From: the human T2T-CHM13v2.0 reference genome, Homo sapiens | Length of the DNA: 64,000 nucleotides | Direction: 5' to 3' (one strand) | NCBI RefSeq assembly: GCF_009914755.1 | Contig: NC_060925.1 | Shown: in pieces, positions 37,286-52,200 of the stretch | How the letters are laid out: every line of letters starts with the position of its first letter | Numbering within the stretch: position 1 is the stretch's first letter | Notes under the pieces: model-generated | The model's database searches: none | Told to the model about the DNA's origin: nothing | What the model saw: only the letters and a program-made list of their open reading frames with translations | Made by a program: the position numbers and the translations under genes

Positions 37286-40200
37286 CCTTGTGTTGTGTGT
37301 ATTCAACTCACAGAGTTGAACGATCCTTTACACAGAGCAGTCTTGAAACGCTCTTTTTGTGGAATTTGCAAGTGGAGATTTCAGCCGCTTTGAGGTCAAT
37401 AGTAGAAAAGGAAATATCTTCGTAGAAAAACTAGACAGAATGATTCTCATAAACTCCTTTGTGATGTGTGCGTTCAACTCACAGAGTTTAACCTTTCTTT
37501 TCATAGAGCAGTTAGGAAACACTCTGTTTGTAAAGTATGCAAGTGGATATTCAGACCTGCTTGAGGCCTTCGTTGGAAACGGGATTTCTTCATATTATGC
37601 TAGACAGAATAATTCTCAGTAACTTCCTTGTGTTGTGTGTATTCAACTCACAGAGTTGAACGACGCTTTACAGAGAGCAGACTTGAAACACTCTTTTTGT
37701 GGAATTTGCAAGTGGAGATTTCAGCCGCTTTGAGGTCAATAGTAGAAAAGGAAATATCTTCGTAGAAAAACTAGACAGAATGATTCTCAGAAACTCCTTT
37801 GTGATGTGTGTGTTCAACTCACAGAGGTTAACCTTTCTTTTCATAGAGCAGTTAGTAAACACTCTGTTTATAAAGTCTGCAAGTGGATATTCAGACCCCT
37901 TTGAGGCCTTCGTTGGAAACGGGATTTCTTCATATTATGCTAGACAGAATAATTCTCAGTAACTTCCTCGTGTTGTGTGTATTCAACTCACAGAGTTGAA
38001 CGATCCTTTACAGAGAGCAGACTTGAAACACTCTTTTTGTGGAATTTGCAAGTGGAGATTTCAGCCGCTTTGAGGTCAAAGGTAGAATAGGAAATATCTT
38101 CCTATAGAAACTAGACAGAATGATTCTCAGAAACTCCTTTGTGATGTGTGCGTTCAACTCACAGAGTTTAACCTTTCTTTTCATAGAGCAGTTAGGAAAC
38201 ACTCTGTTTGTAAAGTCTGCACGTGGATATTTTGACCACTTAGAGGCCTTCGTTGGACCGGGTTTTTTGCATGTAAGGCTAAACAGAAGAATTCCCAGTA
38301 ACTTCCTTGTGTTGTGTGCATTCAACTCACAGAGTTGAACGTTCCCTTAGACAGAGCAGATTTGAAACACTCTATTTGTGCAATTTGCAAGTGTAGATTT
38401 CAAGCGCTTTAAGGTCAATGGCAGAAAAGGAAATATCTTCGTTTCAAAACTAGACAGAATCATTCCCACAAACTGCGTTGTGATGTGTTCGTTCAACTCA
38501 CAGAGTTTAACCTTTCTGTTCATAGAGCAGTTAGGAAACACTCTGTTTGTAAAGTCTGTAAGTGGATATTCTGACATCTTGTGGCCTTCGTTGGAAACGG
38601 GATTTCTTCATATTCTGCTAGACGGAAGAATTCTCAGTAACTTCCTTGTGTTGCGTGTATTCAACTCACAGAGTTGAACGATCCTTTACACAGAGCAGAC
38701 TTGAAACACTCTTTTTGTGGAATTTGCAAGTGGAGATTTCAGCCGCTTTGAGGTCAATGGTAGAAAAGTAAATATCTTCGTATAAAACTAGACAGAATGA
38801 TTCTCAGAAACTCCTTTGGGATGTGTGCGTTCAACTCACAGAGTTTAACCTTTCTTTTCATACAGCAGTTAGGAAACACTCTGTTTGTAAAGTCTGCAAG
38901 TGGATATTCAGACCTCTTTGAGGCCTTCGTTAGAAACGGGATTTCTTCATATTCTGCTAGACAGAAGAATTCTCAGTAACTTCCTTGTGTTGTGTGTATT
39001 CAACTGACAGAGTTGAACTTTCATTTAGAGAGAGCAGATTTGAAACACTGTTTTTGTGGAATTTGCAAGTGGAGATTTCAAGCGCTTTGGGGCCAAAGAC
39101 AGAAAAGGAAATATCTTCGTATAAAAACTAGACAGAATCATTCTCAGAAACTGCTGCGTGATGTGTGCGTTCAACTCTCAGAGTTTAACTTTTCTTTTCA
39201 TTCAGCCGTTTGGAAACACTCTGTTTGTAAAGTCTGCACGTGGATATTTTGACCACTTAGAGGCCTTCGTTGGAAACGGGTTTTTTGCATGTAAGGCTAA
39301 ACAGAAGAATTCCCAGTAACTTCCTTGTGTTGTGTGCATTCAACTCACAGAGTTGAACGTTCCCTTAGACAGAGCAGATTTGAAACACTCTATTTGTGCA
39401 ATTTGCAAGTGTAGATTTCAAGCGCTTTAAGGTCAATGGCAGAAAAGGAAATATCTTCGTTTCAAAACTAGACAGAATCATTCCCACAAACTGCGTTGTG
39501 ATGTGTTCGTTCAACTCACAGAGTTTAACCTTTCTGTTCATGGAGCAGTTAGGAAACACTCTGTTTGTAAAGTCTGTAAGTGGGTATTCTGACATCTTGT
39601 GGCCTTCGTTGGAAACGGGATTTCTTCATATTCTGCTAGACGGAAGAATTCTCAGTAACTTCCTTGTGTTGTGTGTGTTCAACTAACAGAGTTGAACGAT
39701 CCTTTACACAGAGCAGACTTGAAACACTCTTTTTGTGGAATTTGCAAGTGGAGATTTCAGCCGCTTTGAGGTCAATGGTAGAATAGGAAATATCTTCCTA
39801 TAGAAGCTAGACAGAATGATTCTCAGAAACTCCTTTGTGATGTGTGCGTTCAACTCACAGAGTTTAACCTTTCTTTTCATAGAGCAGTTAAGAAACACTC
39901 TGTTTGTAAAGTCTGCACGTGGATATTTTGACCACTTAGAGGCCTTCGTTGGAAACGGGTTTTTTTCATGTAAGGCTAGACAGAAGAATTCCCAGTAACT
40001 TCCTTGTGTTGTGTGCATTCAACTCACAGAGTTGAACGTTCCCTTAGACAGAGCAGATTTGAAACACTCTATTTGTGCAATTTGCAAGTGTAGATTTCAA
40101 GCGCTTTAAGGTCAATGGCAGAAAAGGAAATATCTTCGTTTCAAAACTAGACAGAATCATTCCCACAAACTGCGTTGTGATGTGTTCGTTCAACTCACAG

Positions 40201-43200
40201 AGTTTAACCTTTCTGTTCATAGAGCAGTTAGGAAACACTCTGTTTGTAAAGTCTGTAAGTGGATATTCTGACATCTTGTGGCCTTCGTTGGAAACGGGAT
40301 TTCTTCATATTCTGCTAGACAGAAGAATTCTCAGTAACTTCCTTGTGTTGTGTGTATTCAACTCACAGAGTTGAACGATCCTTTACACAGAGCAGACTTG
40401 AAACACTCTTTTTGTGGAATTTGCAAGTGGAGATTTCAGCCGCTTTGAGGTCAATGGTAGAAAAGGAAATATCTTCGTATAAAGACTAGACAGAATGATT
40501 CTCAGAAACTCCTTTGTGATGTGTGCGTTCAACTCACAGAGTTTAACCTTTCTGTTCATAGAGCAGTTAGGAAACACTCTGTTTGTAAAGTCTGCAAGTG
40601 GATATTCAGACCTCCTGGAGACCTTCGTTGGAAACGGGATTTCTTCATATTCTGCTAGACAGAAGAATTCTCAGTAACTTCCTTGTGTTGTGTGTATTCA
40701 ACTCACAGAGTGGAACGATCGTTTACACAGGGCAGACTTGAAAAACTCTTTTTGTGGAATTTGCAAGTGGAGATTTCAGCCGCTTTGAGGTCAATGGTAG
40801 AAAAGGAAATATCTTCGTATAAAGACTAGACAGAATGATTCTCAGAAACTCCTTTGTGATGTGTGCGTTCAACTCACAGAGTTTAACTTTTCTTTTCATA
40901 GAGCAGTTAGGAAACACTCTGTTTGTAAAGTCTGCAAGTGGATATTCAGACCGCTTTGAGGCCTTCGTTGAAAACGGGATTTCTTCATATTATGCTAGAC
41001 AGAATAATTCTCAGTAACTTCCTTGTGTTGTGTGTATTCAACTCACAGAGTTGAACGATCCTTTACAGAGAGCAGACTTGAAACACTCTTTTTGTGGAAT
41101 TTGCAAGTGGAGATTTCAGCCGCTTTGAGGTCAAAGGTAGAATAGGAAATATCTTCCTATAGAAACTAGACAGAATGATTCTCAGAAACTCCTTTGTGAT
41201 GTGTGCTTTCAACTCACAGAGTTTAACCTTTCTTTTCATAGAGCAGTTAGGAAACACTCTGTTTGTAAAGTCTGCAAGTGGATATTCAGACCTCTTTGAG
41301 GCCTTCGTTGGAAACGGGATTTCTTCATATTCTGCTAGACAGAAGAATTCTCAGTAACTTCCTTGTGTTGTGTGCATTCAACTCACAGAGTTGAACGTTC
41401 CCTTAGACAGAGCAGATTTGAAACACTCTATTTGTGCAATTTGCAAGTGTAGATTTCAAGCGCTTTAAGGTCAATGGCAGAAAAGGAAATATCTTCGTTT
41501 CAAAACTAGACAGAATCATTCCCACAAACTGCGTTGTGATGTGTTCGTTCAACTCACAGAGTTTAACCTTTCTCTTCATAGAGCAGTTAGGAAACACTCT
41601 GTTTGTAAAGTCTGTAAGTGGATATTCTGACATCTTGTGGCCTTCGTTGGAAACGGGATTTCTTCATATTCTGCTAGACAGAAGAATTCTCAGTAACTTC
41701 CTTGTGTTGTGTGTATTCAACTCACAGAGTTGAACGATCCTTTACACAGAGCAGACTTGAAACACTCTTTTTGTGGAATTTGCAAGTGGAGATTTCAGCC
41801 GCTTTGAGGTCAATGGTAGAAAAGGAAATATCTTCGTATAAAGACTAGACAGAATGATTCTCAGAAACTCCTTTGTGATGTGTGCGTTCAACTCACAGAG
41901 TTTAACCTTTCTGTTCATAGAGCAGTTAGGAAACACTCTGTTTGAAAAGTCTGCAAGTGGATATTCAGACCTCCTTGAGGCCTTCGTTGGAAACGGGATT
42001 TATTCATATTCTGCTAGACAGAAGAATTCTCAGTAACTTCCTTGTGTTGTGTGTATTCAACTCACAGAGTTGAACGATCCTTTACACAGAGCAGACTTGA
42101 AACACTCTTTTTGTGGAATTTGCATGTGGAGATTTCAGCCGCTTTGAGGTCAATGGTAGAAAAGGATTTATCTTCGTATAAAGACTAGACAGAATGATTC
42201 TCAGAAACTCCTTTGTGATGTGTGCGTACAACTCACAGAGTTTAACTTTTCTTTTCATAGAGCAGTTAGGAAACACTCTGTTTGTAAAGTCTGCAAGTGG
42301 ATATTCAGACCTCTTTGAGGCCTTCGTTGGAAACGGGATTTCTTCATATTCTGCTAGACAGAAGAATTCTCAGTAACTTCCTTGTGTTGTGTGTATTCAA
42401 CTCACAGAGTTGAACGATCCTTTACACAGAGCAGACTTGAAACACTCTTTTTGTGGAATTTGCAAGTGGAGATTTCAGCCGCTTTGAGGTCAATGGTAGA
42501 ATAGGAAATATCTTCCTATAGAAACTAGACAGAATGATTCTCATAATCTCCTTTGTGATGTGTCCGTTCAACTCACAGAGTTTAACCTACCTTTTCATAG
42601 AGCAGTTAGGAAACACTCTGTTTGTAAAGTCTGCAAGTGGATATTCAGACCTCCTTGAGGCCTTCGTTGGAAACGGGATTTCTTCATATTCTGCTAGACA
42701 GAAGAATTCTCAGTAACTTCCTTGTGTTGTGTGTATTCAACTCACAGAGTTGAACGATCCTTTACACAGAGCAGACTTGAAACACTCTTTTTGTGGAATT
42801 TGCAAGTGGAGATTTCAGCCGCTTTGAGGTCAATAGTAGAAAAGGAAATATCTTCGTAGAAAAACTAGACAGAATGATTCTCAGAAACTCCTTTGTGATG
42901 TGTGTGTTCAACTCACAGAGTTTAACCTTTCTTTTCATAGAGCAGTTAGTAAACACTCTGTTTATAAAGTCTGCAAGTGGATATTCAGACCCCTTTGAGG
43001 CCTTCGTTGGAAACGGGATTTCTTCATATTATGCTAGACAGAAGAATTCTCAGTAACTTCCTTGTGTTGTGTGTATTCAACTGACAGAGTTGAACTTTCA
43101 TTTAGAGAGAGCAGATTTGAAACACTGTTTTTGTGGAATTTGCAAGTGGAGATTTCAAGCGCTTTGGGGCCAAAGGCAGAAAAGGAAATATCTTCGTATA

Positions 43201-46200
43201 AAAACTAGACAGAATCATTCTCAGAAACTGCTGCGTGATGTGTGCGTTCAACTCTCAGAGTTTAACTTTTCTTTTCATTCAGCGGTTTGGAAACACTCTG
43301 TTTGTAAAGTCTGCACGTGGATATTTTGACCACTTAGAGGCCTTCGTTGGAAACGGGTTTTTTGCATGTAAGGCTAGACAGAAGAATTCCCAGTAACTTC
43401 CTTGTGTTGTGTGCATTCAACTCACAGAGTTGAACGTTCCCTTAGACAGAGCAGATTTGAAACACTCTATTTGTGCAATTTGCAAGTGTAGATTTCAAGC
43501 GCTTTAAGGTCAATGGCAGAAAAGGAAATATCTTCGTTTCAAAACTAGACAGAATCATTCCCACAAACTGCGTTGTGATGTGTTCGTTCAACTCACAGAG
43601 TTTAACCTTTCTTTTCATAGAGCAGTTAGGAAACACTCTGTTTGTAAAGTCTGCAAGTGGATATTCAGACCTCCTTGAGGCCTTCTTTGGAAACGGGATT
43701 TCTTCATATTCTGCTAGGCAGAAGAATTCTCAGTAATTTCCTTGTGTTGTGTGTATTCAACTCACAGAGTTGAACGATCCTTTACACAGAGCAGACTTGA
43801 AACACTCTTTTTGTGGAATTTGCAAGTGGAGATTTCAGCCGCTTTGAGGTCAATGGTAGAAAAGGAAATATCTTCGTATAAAGAGTAGACAGAAAGATTC
43901 TCAGAAACTCCTTTGTGATGTATGCGTTCAACTCACAGAGTTTAAATTTTCTTTTCATAGAGCAGTTAGGAAACACTCTGGAAACGGGATTTCTTCATAT
44001 TATGCTATACAGAATAATTCTCAGTAACTTCCTTGTGTTGTGTGTATTCAACTCACAGAGTTGTACGATCCTTTACACAGAGCAGACTTGAAACACTCTT
44101 TTTGTGGAATTTGCAAGTGGAGATTTCAGCCGCTTTGGGGCCAAAGGCAGAAAAGGAAATATCTTCGTATAAAAAGTAGACAGAATCATTCTCAGAAACT
44201 GCTGCGTGATGTGTGCGTTCAACTCTCAGAGTTTAACTTTTCTTTTCATTCAGCGGTTTGGAAACACTCTGTTTGTAAAGTCTGCACGTGGATATTTTGA
44301 CCACTTAGAGGCCTTCGTTGGAAACGGGTTTTTTTCATGTAAGGCTAGACAGAAGAATTCCCAGTAACTTCCTTGTGTTGTGTGCATTCAACTCACAGAG
44401 TTGAACGTTCCCTTAGACAGAGCAGATTTGAAACACTCTATTTGTGCAATTTGCAAGTGTAGATTTCACTCGCTTTAAGGTCAATGGCAGAAAAGGAAAT
44501 ATCTTTGTTTCAAAACTAGACAGAATCATTCCCACAAACTACGTTGTGATGTGTTCGTTCAACTCACAGAGTTTAAACTTTCCGTTCATAGAGCAGTTAG
44601 GAAACACTCTGTTTGTAAAGTCTGTAAGTGGATATTCTGACATCTTGTGGCCTTCGCTGTAAACGGGATTTCTTCATATTCTGCTAGACAGAAGAATTCT
44701 CAGTAACTTCCTTGTGTTGTGTGTATTCAACTCACAGAGTTGAACGATCCTTTACACAGAGCAGACTTGAAACACTCTTTTTGTGGAATTTGCAAGTGGA
44801 GATTTCAGCCGCTTTGAGGTCAATGGTAGAAAAGGAAATATCTTCGTATAAAGACTAGACAGAATGATTCTCAGAAACTCCTTTGTGATGTTTGCGTTCA
44901 ACTCACAGAGTTTAACTTTTCTTTTCATAGAGCAGTTAGGAAACACTCTGTTTGTAAAGTCTGCAAGTGGATATTCAGACCTCTTTGAGGCCTTCGTTGG
45001 AAACGGGATTTCTTCATATTATGCTAGACAGAATAATTCTCAGTAACTTCCTTGTGTTGTGTGTATTCAACTCACAGAGTTGAACGATCCTTTACAGAGA
45101 GCAGACTTGAAACACTCTTTTTGTGTAATTTGCAAGTGGAGATTTCAGCCGCTTTGAGGTCAATGGTAGAATAGGAAATATCTTCCTATAGAAACTAGAC
45201 AGAATGATTCTCATAAACTCCTTTGTGATGTGTGCGTTCAACTCACAGAATTTAACCTTTCTTTTCACAGAGCAGTTAGGAAACACTCTGTTTGTAATGT
45301 CTGCAAGTGGATATTCAGACCTTCTTGAGGCCTTCGTTGGAAACGGGATTTCTTCATATTCTGCTAGACAGAAGAATTCTCAGTAACTTCCTTGTGTTGT
45401 GCGTATTCAACTCACAGAGTTGAATGATCCTTTACACAGACCAGACATGAAACTCTCTTTTTGTGGAATTTGCAAGTGGAGATTTCAGCCGCTTTGAGGT
45501 CAATGGTAGAAAAGGAAATATCTTCGTATAAAGACTAGACAGAATGATTCTCAGAAAATCCTTTGTGATGTGTGCGTTCAACTCACAGAGTTTAACTTTT
45601 CTTTTCATAGAGCAGTTAGGAAACACTCTGTTTGTAAAGTCTGCAAGTGGATATTCAGACCCCTTTGAGGCCTTCGTTGGAAACGGGATTTCTTCATATT
45701 ATGCTAGACAGAATAATTCTCAGTAACTTCCTTGTGTTGTGTGTATTCAACTCACAGAGTTGAATGATCCTTTATAGAGAGCAGAATTGAAACACTCTTT
45801 TTGTAGAATTTGGAAGTGGAGATTTCAGCCGCTTTGAGGTCAATGGTAGAATAGGAAATATCTTCCTATAGAAACTAGACAGAATGATTCTCATAAACTC
45901 CTTTGTGATGTGTGCGTTCAACTCACAGAATTTAACCTTTCTTTTCATAGCGCAGTTAGGAAACACTCTGTTTGTAAAGTCTGCAAGTGGATATTCAGAC
46001 ATCTTTTAGGCCTTCGTTGGAAACGGGATTTCTTCATATTATGCTAGACAGAATAATTCTCAGTAACTTCCTTGTGTTGTGTGTATTCAACTCACAGAGT
46101 TGAACGATCCTTTACAGAGAGCAGACTTGAAACACTCTTTTTGTGGAATTTGCAAGTGGAGATTTCAGGCGCTTTGAGGTCAATGGTAGAATAGGAAATA

Positions 46201-49200
46201 TCTTCCTATAGAAACTAGACAGAATGATTCTCATAAACTCCTTTGTGATGTGTGCGTTCAACTCACAGAGTTTGACCTTTCTTTTCATAGAGCAGTTAGG
46301 AAACACTCTGTTTGTAAAGTCTGCAAGTGAATATTCAGACCTCCTTGAGGCCTTCGTTGGAAACGGGATTTCTTCATATTCTGCTAGACAGAAGAATTCT
46401 CAGTAACTTCCTTGTGTTGTGTGTATTCAACTCACAGAGTTGAACGATCCTTTACACAGAGCAGACTTGAAACACTCTTTTTGTGGAATTGGCAAGTGGA
46501 GATTTCAGCTACTTTGGGGTCAATGGTAGAAAAGGAAACTATCTTCGTATAAAGACTAGACAGAATGATTCTCAGAAAATCCTTTGTGATGTGTGCGTTC
46601 AACTCACAGAGTTTAACTTTTCTTTTCATAGAGCAGTTAGGAAACACTCTGTTTGTAAAGTCTGCAAGTGGATATTCAGACCTCTTTGAGGCCTTCGTTG
46701 GAAACGGGATTTCTTCATATTCTGCTAGACAGAAGAATTCTCAGTAACTTCCTTGTGTTGTGTGTATTCAACTCACAGAGTTGAACGATCCTTTACAGGG
46801 AGCAGACTTGAAACACTCTTTTTGTGGAATTTGCAATTGGAGATTTCAGCCGCTTTGAGGTCAATGGTAGAATAGGAAATATCTTCCTATAGAAAATAGA
46901 CAGAATGATTCTCAGAAACTCCTTTGTGATGTGTGCGTTCAACTCACAGAGTTTAACCTTTCTTTTCATAGAGCAGTTAGGAAACACTCTGTTTGTAAAG
47001 TCTGCAAGTGGATATTCAGACCTCTTTGAGGCCTTCGTTGGAAACGGGATTTCTTCATATTCTGCTAGACAGAAGAATTCTCAGTATCTTCCTTGTGTTG
47101 TGTGTATTCAACTCACAGAGTTGAAAGATCCTTTACACAGAGCAGACTTGAAACACTCTTTTTGTGGAATTTGCAAGTGGAGATTTCAGCCGCTTTGAGG
47201 TCAATGGTAGAATAGGAAATATCTTCATATAGAAAATTGACAGAATGATTCTCAGAAACTCCTTTGTGATGTGTGCGTTCAACTCACAGAGTTTAACTTT
47301 TCTTTTCATAGAGCAGTTAGGAAACACTCTGTTTGTAAAGTCTGCAAGTGGATATACTGACCTCTTTGAGGACTTCGTTGGAAACGGGATTTCTTCATAT
47401 TATGCTAGACAGAATAATTCTCAGTAACTTCCTTGTGTTGTGTGTATTCAACTCACAGAGTTGAACGATCCTTTACAGAGAGCAGACTTGAAACACTCTT
47501 TTTGTGGAATTTGCAAGTGGAGATTTCAGCCGCTTTGAAGTCAATGGTAGAATACGAAATATCTTCCTATAGAAACTAGACAGAATGATTCTCATAAACT
47601 CCTTTGTGATGTGTGCGTTCAACTCACAGAGTTTAACCTTTCTTTTCATAGAGCAGTTAGGAAACACTCCGTTTGTAATGTCAGCAAGTGGATATTCAGA
47701 CCTCCTTGAGGCCTTCGTTGGAAACGGGATTTCTTCATATTCTGCTAGACAGAAGAATTCTCAGTAACTTCCTTGTGTTGTGTGTATTCAACTCACAGAG
47801 TTGAATGATCCTTTACACAGAGCAGACTTGAAACACTCTTTTTTTGGAATTTGCAAGTGGAGATTTCAGCCGCTTTGAGGTCAATGGTAGAATAGGAAAT
47901 ATCTTCCTATAGAAACTAGACAGAATGATTCTCATAAACTCCTTTGTGCTGTGTGCGTTCAACTCACAGAGTTTAACCTTTCTTTTCATAGAGCAGTTAG
48001 GAAACACTCTGTTTGTAAAGTCTGCGAGTGGATATTCAGACCTTTTTGAGGCCTTCGTTGGAAACGGTATTTCTTCATATTCTGCTTGACAGAAGAATTC
48101 TCAGTAACTTCCTTGTGTTGTGTGTATTCAACTGACTGAGTTGAACTTTCATTTAGAGAGAGCAGATTTGAAACACTGTTTTTGTGGAATTTGCAAGTGG
48201 AGATTTCAAGCGCTTTGGGGCCAAAGGCAGAAAAGGAAATATCTTCGTATAAAAAGTAGACAGAATCATTCTCAGAAACTGCTGCGTGATGTGTGCGTTC
48301 AACTCTCAGAGTTTAACTTTTCTTTTCATTCAGCGGTTTGGAAACACTCTGTTTGTAAAGTCTGCACGTGGATATTTCGACCACTTAGAGGCCTTCGTTG
48401 GAAACGGGTTTTTTGCATGTAAGGCTAGACAGAAGAATTCCCAGTAACTTCCTTGTGTTGTGTGCATTCAACTCACAGAGTTGAACTTTCCCTTAGACAG
48501 AGCAGATTTGAAACACTCTATTTCTGCAATTTGCAAGTGTAGATTTCAAGCGCTTTAAGGTCAATGGCAGAAAAGGAAATATCTTCGTTTCAAAACTAGA
48601 CAGAATCATTCCCACAAACTGCGTTGTGATGTGTTCGTTCAACTCACAGAGTTTAACCTTTCTGTTCATAGAGCAGTTAGGAAACACTCTGTTTGTAAAG
48701 TCTGCAAGTGGATATTCTGACATCATGTGGCCTTCGTTGGAAAAGGGATTTCTTCATATTCTGCTAGACAGAAGAATTCTCAGTAACTTCCTTGTGTTGT
48801 GTGTATTCAACTCACAGAGTTGAACGACCCTTTACACAGAGCAGACTTGAAACACTCTTTTTGTGGAATTTGCAAGTGGAGATTTCAGCCGCTTTGAGGT
48901 CAATGGTAGAAAAGGAAATATCTTCGTATAAAGACTAGACAGAATGATTCTCAGAAACTCCTTTGTGATGTGTGCGTTCAACTCACAGAGTTTAACTTTT
49001 CTTTTCATAGAGCAGTTAGGAAACACTCTGTTTGTAAAGTCTGCAAGTGGATATTCAGACCCCTTTGAGGCCTTCGTTGGAAACGGGATTTCTTCATATT
49101 CTGCTAGACAGAAGAATTCTCAGTAACTTCCTTGTGTTGTGTGTATTCAACTCACAGAGTTGAACGATCCTTTACACAGAGCAGACTTGAAACACTCTTT

Positions 49201-52200
49201 TTGTGGAATTTGCAAGTGGAGATTTCAGCCGCTTTGAGGTCAATGGTAGAAAAGGAAATATCTTCGTATAAAGACTAGACAGAATGATTCTCAGAAAATC
49301 CTTTGTGATGTGTGCGTTCAACTCACAGAGTTTAACCTTTCTTTTCATAGAGCAGTTAGGAAACACTCTGTTTGTAAAGTCTGCAAGTGGATATTCAGAC
49401 CTCTTTGAGGCCTTCGTTGGAAACGGGATTTCTTATATTCTGCTAGACAGAAGAATTCTCAGTAACTTCCTTGTGTTGTGTGTATTCAACTCACAGAGTT
49501 GAACGATCCTTTACACAGAGCAGACTTGAAACACTCTTTTTGTGGAATTTGCAAGTGGAGATTTCAGCCGCTTTGAGGTCAATAGTAGAAAAGGAAATAT
49601 CTTCGTAGAAAAACTAGACAGAATGATTCTCAGAAACTCCTTTGTGATGTGTGTGTTCAACTCACAGAGTTTAACCTTTCTTTTCATAGAGCAGTTAGTA
49701 AACACTCTGTTTATAAAGTCTGCAAGTGGATATTCAGACCCCTTTGAGGCCTTCGTTGGAAACGGGATTTCTTCATATTATGCTAGACAGGATAATTCTC
49801 TGTAACTTCCTTGTGTTGTGTGTATTCAACTGACAGAGTTGAACTTTCATTTAGAGAGAGCAGATTTGAAACACTGTTTTTGTGGAATTTGCAAGTGGAG
49901 ATTTCAAGCGCTTTGGGGCCAAAGGCAGAAAAGGAAATATCTTCGTATAAAAACTAGACAGAATCATTCTCAGAAACTGCTGCGTGATGTGTGCGTTCAA
50001 CTCTCAGAGTTTAACTTTTCTTTTCATTCAGCGGTTTGGAAACACTCTGTTTGTAAAGTCTGCACGTGGATATTTTGACCACTTAGAGGCCTTCGTTGGA
50101 AACGGGTTTTTTTCATGTAAGGCTAGACAGAAGAATTCCCAGTAACTTCCTTGTGTTGTGTGCATTCAACTCACAGAGTTGAAAGTTCCCTTAGACAGAG
50201 CAGATTTGAAACACTCTTTTTGTGCAATTTGCAAGTGTAGATTTCAAGCGCTTTAAGGTCAATGGCAGAAAAGGAAATATCTTCGTTTCAAAACTAGACA
50301 GAATCATTCCCACAAACTGCGTTGTGATGTGTTCGTTCAACTCACAGAGTTTAAGCTTTCTGTTCATAGAGCAGTTAGGAAACACTCTGTTTGTAAAGTC
50401 TGTAAGTGGATATTATGACATCTTGTGGCCTTCGTTGGAAACGGGATTTCTTCATATTCTGCTAGACAGAAGAATTCTCAGTAACTTCCTTGTGTTGTGT
50501 GTATTCAACTCACAGAGTTGAACGATCCTTTACACATAGCAGACTTGAAACACTCTTTTTGTGGAATTTGCAAGTGGAGATTTCAGCCGCTTTGAAGTCA
50601 ATGGTAGAAAAGGAAACTATCTTCGTATAAAGACTAGACAGAATGATTCTCAGAAACTCCTTTGTGGTGTGTGCGTTCAACTCACAGAGTTTAACCTTTC
50701 TTTTCATAGAGCAGTTAGGAAACACTCTGTTTGTAAAGTCTGCAAGTGGATATTCAGACCTCCTTGAGGCCTTCGTTGGAAACGGGATTTCTTCATATTC
50801 TGCTAGACAGAAGAATTCTCAGTAACTTCCTTGTGTTGTGTGTATTCAACTCACAGAGTTGAACTATCCTTTATACAGAGCAGACTTGAAACACTCTTTT
50901 TGTGGAATTTGCAAGTGGAGATTTCTGCCGCTTTGAGGTCAATGGTAGAAAAGGAAACTATCTTCGTATAAAGACTAGACAGAATGATTCTCAGAAAATC
51001 CTTTGTGATGTGTGCGTTCAACTCACAGAGTTTAACTTTTCTTTTCATAGAGCAGTTTGGAAACACTCTGTTTGTAAAGTCTGCAAGTGGATATTCAGAC
51101 CTCTTTGAGGCCTTCGTTGGAAACGGGATTTCTTCATATTATGCTAGACAGAATAATTCTCAGTAACTTCCTTGTGTTGTGTGTATTCAACTCACAGAGC
51201 TGAACGATCCTTTACAGAGAGCAGACTTGAAACACTCTTTTTGTGGAATTTGCAAGTGGAGATTTCAGCCGCTTTTAGGTCAATGGTAGAATAGGAAATA
51301 TCTTCCTATAGAAATTAGACAGAATGATTCTCATAAACTCCTTTGTGATGTGTGCGTTCAACTCCCAGAGTTTAACCTATCTTTTCATAGAGCAGTTAGG
51401 AAACACTCTGTTTGTAAAGTCTGCAAGTGGATATTCAGACCTCCTTGAGGCCTTCGTTGGAAACGGGATTTCTTCATATTCTGCTAGACAGAAGAATTCT
51501 CAGTAACTTCCTTGTGTTGTGTGTATTCAACTCACAGAGTTGAACGATCCTTTACACAGAGCAGACTTGTAACACTCTTTTTGTGGAATTTGCAAGTGGA
51601 GATTTCAGCCGCTTTGAGGTCAATGGTAGAATAGGAAATATTTTCCTATAGAAACTAGACAGAATGATTCTCAGAAACTCCTTTGTGATGTGTGCGTTGA
51701 ACTCACAGAGTTTAACCTTTCTTTTCATAGAGCAGTTAGGAAACACTCTGTTTGTAAAGTCTGCAAGTGGATGTTCAGACCTCTTTGAGGCCTTCGTTGG
51801 AAACGGGATTTCTTCATATTCTGCTATACAGAAGAATTCTCAGTAACTTCCTTGTGTTGTGTGTATTCAACTCACAGAGTTGAACGATCCTTTATACAGA
51901 GCAGACTTGAAACACTCTTTTTGTGGAATTTGCAAGTGGAGATTTCAGCCGCTTTGAGGTCAATGGTAGAAAAGGAAACTATCTTCGTATAAAGACTAGA
52001 CAGAATGATTCTCAGAAAATCCTTTGTGATGTGTGCGTTCAACTCACAGAGTTTAACCTTTCTTTTCATAGAGCAGTTAGGAAACACTCTGTTTGTAAAG
52101 TCTGCAAGTGGATATTCAGACCTCCTTGAGGCCTTCGTTGGAAACGGGATTTCTTCATATTATGCCAGACAGAATAATTCTCAGTAACTTCCTTGTGTTG

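Noticed and set aside
50353-50358. Isolated HindIII site (AAGCTT)
   Set aside because: It is a single point mutation in a Y dimer, useful as a mapping marker but with no evident biological meaning.
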